A stretch of DNA of 52,157 nt, taken from contig NZ_MWQY01000026.1 in NCBI RefSeq assembly GCF_002087085.1, forward strand, positions 1-52,157, in the 5' to 3' direction. The first letter of the stretch is position 1. Each line of letters starts with the position of its first letter. Of the stretch, positions 46,682 to 52,157 are shown piece after piece. The notes beneath the pieces were generated by a model, which had not been told where the DNA came from, ran no database searches, and saw nothing but the letters and a program-made list of their open reading frames with translations. The position numbers and the translations under genes are program-made.

Positions 46682-47800
46682 ATGTCAGACGGAAAGAGGC
46701 GTATTCAGAAGGTCTTCAGCGGAGATCTTCCCGACAGAGTCCCCCTTGATATCGGCGGTATAAACAATTCCACAATGCACTGGAAGATTGAAAAAAAATT
46801 GTGCGAAGCCCTGGGGTTCCCCTGCGCCGGGAACAACATAATAGCCGTTGATCAGCAGGTAGTCGTGCCTGATGAACGTATTCTGGAATATTTCGGCGCT
46901 GACACGCGTACAATCTATATCCGGGAATCCGGTCCGTGGAAGGAGGGCGGCGACGGTCTCTTCTACGATCAGTGGGGAATCGGCAGGGTTTTCGACGGAC
47001 AATACTACACCATGAAGACCCATCCTCTCCGGGTTGATAATCCCCGGGAGGCTTTGTCCCTGTATCAGTGGCCTGACCCCCGTTCCGAATACAGGGTGGC
47101 GGGACTGGAAGAGCGTATCAGCAGCTATGCCGGCAGGTACACCCTGGTTCTGGAAGGACTGAGGGAGGTATGTTTCGGCCTGCCGTCGTGGATACGGGGA
47201 ATCACGGACTTCTACATGGACCTGGTTACCGATCCGGTATTCTCTCACGAATTTCTCGACCGCGTGCTGGAATGGAACCTGGAGGTTCTGCGTTTTGTGA
47301 TGGACCGGATAGGCGACTCCATCGATGTCGTCAAATTCGCGGACGATCTGGGCACCCAGGAGTCCCTGCTGATATCTCCGGATACCTACCGGGAATTCAT
47401 AAAACCCCGTCATGCCAGATATGTGGAAGAGATAAAGAAATACGGATGCAGGGTACTCCTTCATTCCTGCGGTGCAGTCCGACCGCTTATTGAGGATTTT
47501 ATTGAGATCGGCATCGACGCGCTGAATCCTGTTCAGATCTCCGCCGCAGGGATGGATCCCGGGGAGCTGAAGGAAGAGTACGGCGGCAGGATCGTTTTCT
47601 GGGGCGGCGGAATCGATACCCAGGCTGTACTCCCCGCCGTTACTCCAGACAAGGTTAGGGAAGAGGTCCGGCGCAATATGGAAATCTTCAAGAAGGGGGG
47701 AGGATACATTTTCGCCCAGGTTCATAATATTCAGCCGGATGTGCCGGTGGAGAATGTTATCGCCATGTATGAAGCATATCGTGAACATTCACAGTACTGA
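46682..47800 (+). CDS. UroD/MtaA-family protein
   Basis: PDRVP, DQWG, WPDP, ADDLGTQ, LHSCG, LNPVQ, WGGGIDTQ, VHNIQ. Confidence 0.88.
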   Translation: MSDGKRRIQKVFSGDLPDRVPLDIGGINNSTMHWKIEKKLCEALGFPCAGNNIIAVDQQVVVPDERILEYFGADTRTIYIRESGPWKEGGDGLFYDQWGIGRVFDGQYYTMKTHPLRVDNPREALSLYQWPDPRSEYRVAGLEERISSYAGRYTLVLEGLREVCFGLPSWIRGITDFYMDLVTDPVFSHEFLDRVLEWNLEVLRFVMDRIGDSIDVVKFADDLGTQESLLISPDTYREFIKPRHARYVEEIKKYGCRVLLHSCGAVRPLIEDFIEIGIDALNPVQISAAGMDPGELKEEYGGRIVFWGGGIDTQAVLPAVTPDKVREEVRRNMEIFKKGGGYIFAQVHNIQPDVPVENVIAMYEAYREHSQY

Positions 47801-47854
47801 TCAACAATATTCCCTATTGTTATATACAATATGCTGTATCGAAGGAACTATTTC

Positions 47855-47883
47855 TTGACACCTGATATTAGCGATAGTACAAT
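47855..47883 (+). promoter_or_regulatory. Sigma70 promoter of second TRAP operon
   Basis: TTGACA-17 nt-TACAAT; palindrome ATTGT-TATAT-ACAAT at 47816-47830 just upstream. Confidence 0.7.
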
Positions 47884-47927
47884 TTTTTGAAGTGCAAGAT
47901 TGTACTGTAGTATCGAGGGAGGAAAAG

Positions 47928-48926
47928 ATGTTAAAGAAACTGTTATTGCTGTGTGTGATTGTGGCTTTTCTCGCCGCCGTTCCGGTTCTGGCGGAAGGGG
48001 CCAAGGAAGGTTCAGCGAAGACTCAAATCGTCAACGTTGCGTCGACCTTTCCGGATGATTCACCCCAGGATAAGGGACTCGATCTTTTCAAGAAGATCGT
48101 GGAAGAGAAAAGCAACGGCCGCTTTGAGGTTATTATACACACCGGCGGGGCAATGGGTAATGAACGCGAGACCTTCGAACAGCTGATCGACGGCTCCGTC
48201 GAGTTCGGCGCCAACGGCTCCGGCGATATCGGACAGTTCTATCCTGAATATTTCTGCTCCGAGGTTCCCTATATCTTCAAGAATGTTGATCAGTTCTGGG
48301 CTTACTGGAACGGCCCTCTTGGAAAAGAGATCTCCGATCTTATCGAAAAGGAACGGGGTGTCAAGACTGTAGGTGTCGTTCTGCGGGGTGCACGCTATCT
48401 GACCGCCAACAAACCCATCCGCAGGGTCTCCGATGTTCAGGGCCTGAAGATCCGTCTTCCCCAGCTCGAGTCCTGGATGATGGCCTGGGAAGAACTCGGT
48501 GCACTTCCTACACCCATCAATTTTTCCGAGGTATACCTGGCACTTCAGACCGGTACGGTGGAAGCACAGGAGAATCCCCCCGAGACCATTCTCAATTACA
48601 AATTTTACGAAGTTCAGAAATATCTGGTTAAAACAGAGCATATCTTCTCTGCAGCCCGTTTTCTGATGTCCAATATCTGGTTCGACCGGCAGTCTGCGGA
48701 AGACCAGAAGATGTTCCTGGATGCCATGAAGGAAGCCACCGACTATGCCAACGATCTTACCCGCGATGGCGATGCCCAGTATGTCAAACAGCTTGTAAAC
48801 GATCTCGGCATGGAACTGATCGAAGTCGACAAGGATGCTTTCCAGAAAGCTGTTCAGCCGGTACTGGAAAAACTTGGCCGCGAAGAGTGGAAACCGGGAC
48901 TTTACGAGCAGCTGCAGAAACTGTAG
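47928..48926 (+). CDS. dctP: TRAP transporter substrate-binding protein
   Basis: Signal peptide, GLKIRL, GALPTPI, VEAQENP; start moved to 47928. Confidence 0.92.
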   Translation: MLKKLLLLCVIVAFLAAVPVLAEGAKEGSAKTQIVNVASTFPDDSPQDKGLDLFKKIVEEKSNGRFEVIIHTGGAMGNERETFEQLIDGSVEFGANGSGDIGQFYPEYFCSEVPYIFKNVDQFWAYWNGPLGKEISDLIEKERGVKTVGVVLRGARYLTANKPIRRVSDVQGLKIRLPQLESWMMAWEELGALPTPINFSEVYLALQTGTVEAQENPPETILNYKFYEVQKYLVKTEHIFSAARFLMSNIWFDRQSAEDQKMFLDAMKEATDYANDLTRDGDAQYVKQLVNDLGMELIEVDKDAFQKAVQPVLEKLGREEWKPGLYEQLQKL

Positions 48927-48976
48927 GGCCGTCTTTATCGTCCGGTTCCATTCAGTAATGTTGTGAACCTTTTCTG

Positions 48977-49012
48977 GTACGCCACGGTTTTTGGCTGTGG
49001 CGTACTTTTTTT
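48977..49012 (+). terminator. Intra-operon intrinsic terminator/attenuator after dctP
   Basis: gtacgccacgg-7 nt loop-ctgtggcgtac followed by T7. Confidence 0.75.
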
Positions 49013-49053
49013 GATGTTGCCGCTTAAGGCAATGTCCAAAGAGGAGCTGAAAA

Positions 49054-49566
49054 ATGAAGAAGGTGCTTGAACTGGTTAACGCTCTCGTCCTGCTGATAAT
49101 GTTTTTGCTTGTAATGACCACCATAATCTTCAGAAATATTCTGGAGATTCCATCTTCGTGGTCGCAGGAACTGTCTGAGTACATTTTCGTATTTATTGTT
49201 TTCATTGGATCCGCAGCTGTTATGAAGGACGAGGAGCACATCGGAATCGATACGGTAACCATCCTGCTGCCGAAAAAGGCACAGCGCATTGTAAGGATAA
49301 TCGGTCGTCTTTTGATTGCACCTTTTCTGTATGTCCTGGTTGCAGGCAGTTTCCCCAATATCGGGGCGACCTGGAACAACTATCTTCCCACTGTTCCATG
49401 GTTCAGGATGGGTGTGATTTATCTTATTGTACTGATTTCCGGAATAATTATGTCCTATTACCTGCTGCACAATCTGATACTGGATATTCGCGGTTTGTAC
49501 AAACCCATAACTCGTATTGATGAGCTTACACATCACGATTCTGCGGGTGAGGAGGATGCAGAATGA
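49054..49566 (+). CDS. dctQ: TRAP small permease
   Basis: WSQELSEY, EHIGID. Confidence 0.88.
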   Translation: MKKVLELVNALVLLIMFLLVMTTIIFRNILEIPSSWSQELSEYIFVFIVFIGSAAVMKDEEHIGIDTVTILLPKKAQRIVRIIGRLLIAPFLYVLVAGSFPNIGATWNNYLPTVPWFRMGVIYLIVLISGIIMSYYLLHNLILDIRGLYKPITRIDELTHHDSAGEEDAE

Positions 49567-50852
49567 TCTTTTTTATTACCTTCGGATTGATCGGCCTGCT
49601 TGCGTTGGGGGTGCCCGTTGCTTTTGCCCTGGGAGGTTCAGCTCTTTTCGGATATTTATACAACGCTGGGCCCAACGCGGTTCTGTCGGTAATATCCCGC
49701 AGAATGATGTTCGGCCTGAATAATTTTCTGCTTTTGGCTATTCCGTTGTTTATTCTCTCTGCGAAAATAATGAACAGCTCAAAGATAACCTCCAAGATTT
49801 TCGGGTTCGCCCATTCTGTCGTCGGCTTTCTCCCCGGCGGACTTGGACACGCCAATGTCGTGGCCAGTCTTATCTTTGCCGGAATGTCCGGTGCCGCCGT
49901 TGTCGACGCCGCCGGGCTTGGCCAGATCGAACTTGAGGCCATGGAGGACGGCGGGTACGACAAGGATTTCAGCGTTGCCATTACAGCCGCTTCTTCAACG
50001 ATCGGGCCTATTTTTCCCCCCAGTCTGCCCATGGTTGTATTCGGTTTTATGTCCGGGGTATCGGTGGGCCGTCTTTTTCTTGGAGGTGTCGTTCCGGGCC
50101 TGATAATGACGGCGATACTCATGCTGCTGGTAAGCTGGTATGCCCACCGGAGAGGCTACCCCCGTCTGGGACTGCTGTCCGTCAAGGGGCTGGCAAAGAG
50201 CCTCATGGATGCGATTCTCCCCCTTCTGACGCCGGTTATTCTTTTAGGCGGAATCTGGTCGGGTGCCTTTACTCCAACTGAAGCTGCGGCCATCGCCGTC
50301 CTCTACGCCCTGGTAATCGGTAAGATCGCCCTGAAGGAGCTCGGGTTCAAGGAGATAAAGCAGGTATTTATCGATACGGCCCGGGAGACGGCAGTTATCG
50401 GTATCATCGTAGCTGCTTCCGGGTTCTACGGCTGGATACTTATGCGCTCCGGGCTTACGGTTCGTATAGCAAACTCCTTAATGACCCTGAGCGATAATCC
50501 CCTGATTATCTTTCTGGTGGTGAATCTCTTCCTTCTCGTTATAGGATGCTTTCTGGATCCCACCGTAGCGATATTGATCCTTACGCCGATCCTGATGCCC
50601 GTTATCCAGCGAGTCGGAATAGATCCGGTTCATTTCGGGGTCGTGATGGTCCTGAACCTGATGATCGGCCTTCTGACGCCGCCCTTCGGGATTGTCCTTT
50701 TCGTCATGCAGCAGGTTTCAGGGCTCTCCTACGGACGGGTTGTGAAGGCGACAGCACCCTTTCTGCTGCCGCTTTTTATAGTCCTTGTTCTTATCGTGAT
50801 TTTTCCGGATCTGGTAATCGGGCTTCCCAACCTGCTTTATGCGGGCAGATAG
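49563..50852 (+). CDS. dctM: TRAP large permease
   Basis: LLAIPLF, FAGMSGAAVVD, PIFPPS, FTPTEAA, GLLTPPFG. Confidence 0.93.
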   Translation: MIFFITFGLIGLLALGVPVAFALGGSALFGYLYNAGPNAVLSVISRRMMFGLNNFLLLAIPLFILSAKIMNSSKITSKIFGFAHSVVGFLPGGLGHANVVASLIFAGMSGAAVVDAAGLGQIELEAMEDGGYDKDFSVAITAASSTIGPIFPPSLPMVVFGFMSGVSVGRLFLGGVVPGLIMTAILMLLVSWYAHRRGYPRLGLLSVKGLAKSLMDAILPLLTPVILLGGIWSGAFTPTEAAAIAVLYALVIGKIALKELGFKEIKQVFIDTARETAVIGIIVAASGFYGWILMRSGLTVRIANSLMTLSDNPLIIFLVVNLFLLVIGCFLDPTVAILILTPILMPVIQRVGIDPVHFGVVMVLNLMIGLLTPPFGIVLFVMQQVSGLSYGRVVKATAPFLLPLFIVLVLIVIFPDLVIGLPNLLYAGR

Positions 50853-50874
50853 CTGCTGCTCAGGGAACCTGTAT

Positions 50875-52005
50875 ATGAAGCCCAAAGAACGGGTGCGTGC
50901 AGCCATAGCGCATATCGAAACTGAGCAGCTCCCCACCTTCTCCTCCTTCACTCCCAGGCTGGCACAGAAATTGCGAGGGGAGTTGAGTATCCGGGAGGAG
51001 GATGTGGGGATTTATTTCGGAAATGATATGGTCCAGGTCGGTATCGGTATAGAAAAAAGCAATAACTATTCCACCGACCCCGAATATGTGTGTCCCTGGG
51101 GGATAACCTGGCGCAACATCAAAAACAATTTCGGATACTATACAACTATCATCGAGAACCCGCTTGCCGGTGACGAAGCAAAGCTCGATACATGGAGTGT
51201 CCCTGATCCGTCGGAGAAAAAACTCTACGGCGAAATGGAGCGGATTCTGGACCTGTACGGAGATGAGTACTGGATTGCAGGCTCCTGCCGCTGCAGCCTG
51301 TTCGAAACCGCCTGGTACCTGCGCGGACTGGATCAGTTCATGCTCGACATGCTGCTGAACGAAGAATACGTCAACACACTTCTGGACAAGATCATGGAAT
51401 TCCCCCGGGCGGTGCTGCTCGAATACATCCGCATGGGCGTCGATATGGTGTGGATGGGAGACGATGTGGCGTCCCAGCAGGGGATGATGATATCTCCCGA
51501 ACTGTGGAGAAAGTATCTGAAACCGCGCTATGCCAGCCTGTTCAGGGATTTCAAGGACGCCAATCCCGAAATAAAGATTGCCTATCACAGCTGCGGGAAC
51601 TGCGGCGCCATCGTGGAGGAGATGATAGAAATAGGTCTGGATGTGCTTCATCCTGTCCAGCCCCAGGCTATCGATCCGATTGAGACGAAGCAGCGTTTCG
51701 GCGACCGTCTGACCCTGATGGGGGGGCTGGATATCCAGCTCCTGATGCCGAAGGGGAATCCGAAGGATGTTGAAGACGAGGTCCTGCGGCTCATGCGCGG
51801 ATGCGGGAAAGACGGCGGATTTATCCTGGGCGGGGCCCATCACTTCCAGGAGGATACCCCTACGGGGAATATTCAGGCTCTTTACAGGACCATTCAGGAA
51901 CACGCCCTCACATCGGATAGTTTTCGTAAGCCTGTTGAATCAACCAGGGAAGTTTTTTCCCGGCTGAAGGAAAAACTGAACCGCGATTCAAAGATCGTAC
52001 CTTAG
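50875..52005 (+). CDS. UroD/MtaA-family protein
   Basis: MKPKERV start, PWG, LFETAWYLRG, GDDVASQ, YHSCG, PVQP, GGLDIQ, AHHFQ. Confidence 0.88.
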   Translation: MKPKERVRAAIAHIETEQLPTFSSFTPRLAQKLRGELSIREEDVGIYFGNDMVQVGIGIEKSNNYSTDPEYVCPWGITWRNIKNNFGYYTTIIENPLAGDEAKLDTWSVPDPSEKKLYGEMERILDLYGDEYWIAGSCRCSLFETAWYLRGLDQFMLDMLLNEEYVNTLLDKIMEFPRAVLLEYIRMGVDMVWMGDDVASQQGMMISPELWRKYLKPRYASLFRDFKDANPEIKIAYHSCGNCGAIVEEMIEIGLDVLHPVQPQAIDPIETKQRFGDRLTLMGGLDIQLLMPKGNPKDVEDEVLRLMRGCGKDGGFILGGAHHFQEDTPTGNIQALYRTIQEHALTSDSFRKPVESTREVFSRLKEKLNRDSKIVP

Positions 52006-52059
52006 TTCAGGAAAGCCTTCCTTCGCGCTTCATAATTTGTTAATAAAAGGAGACAGTAC

Positions 52060-52157
52060 GTGAAAAACACTTATACCCCGGAAGAAAAACGCAGCCTCCT
52101 CAGGGATACCTGGCTCATGAAGGAGACGGGTGTCGTCCCGTTCATGATAGAGCTCGG
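52060..52157 (+). CDS. N-terminus of next gene, truncated by window edge
   Basis: AAGGAG RBS then GTG, open to the end (MKNTYTPEEKRSLLRDTWLM...). Confidence 0.55.
   Translation, partial: MKNTYTPEEKRSLLRDTWLMKETGVVPFMIEL

Noticed and set aside
30055..52005. True hemE (uroporphyrinogen decarboxylase) calls for the three UroD-fold genes
   Set aside because: They lack the HemE RQAGR motif, carry HxC metal motifs and sit with TRAP transporters rather than haem genes.

Overview
Chromosomal window from an anaerobic, moderately GC-rich bacterium, most likely a free-living spirochaete (inferred from a TmpA/TmpB-like gene pair, a hairpin-less BesA-like efflux adaptor and 'FAEGxQE'-type signal peptides). 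No CRISPR array, tRNA/rRNA, transposase or phage genes were seen. In order, it carries: an SDR; flavodiiron fprA with a structured tandem repeat in its leader; a lipoprotein/LysM-like pair; rubrerythrin; an aminotransferase; an RND efflux operon; a four-gene cytoplasmic operon (DUF1858-like SBP-fold protein, Cys-rich HypB/UreG-like GTPase, permease-less ABC ATPase, CxxC mini-protein); a PII-like + EIIA + Mrp/Mnh antiporter operon lacking MrpA; an OMP/FN3-lipoprotein pair; an HD-GYP protein and a beta-propeller hybrid kinase; two TRAP transporter loci coupled to UroD/MtaA-family enzymes (one with a LytS/LytTR pair); sugar-acid dehydrogenases; and an [FeFe]-hydrogenase maturation operon (TM1266-hydG-hydE-aspA-like-hydF). 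The best candidate for an undescribed system is the four-gene operon at 11112-14332. It shares a GTAAC-N4-GTTAC palindrome, with identical 22-nt spacing to a TAnnnT -10 box, with the fprA promoter, suggesting a co-regulated metallocofactor assembly/repair machine. All family calls are from motif recognition, not database searches.
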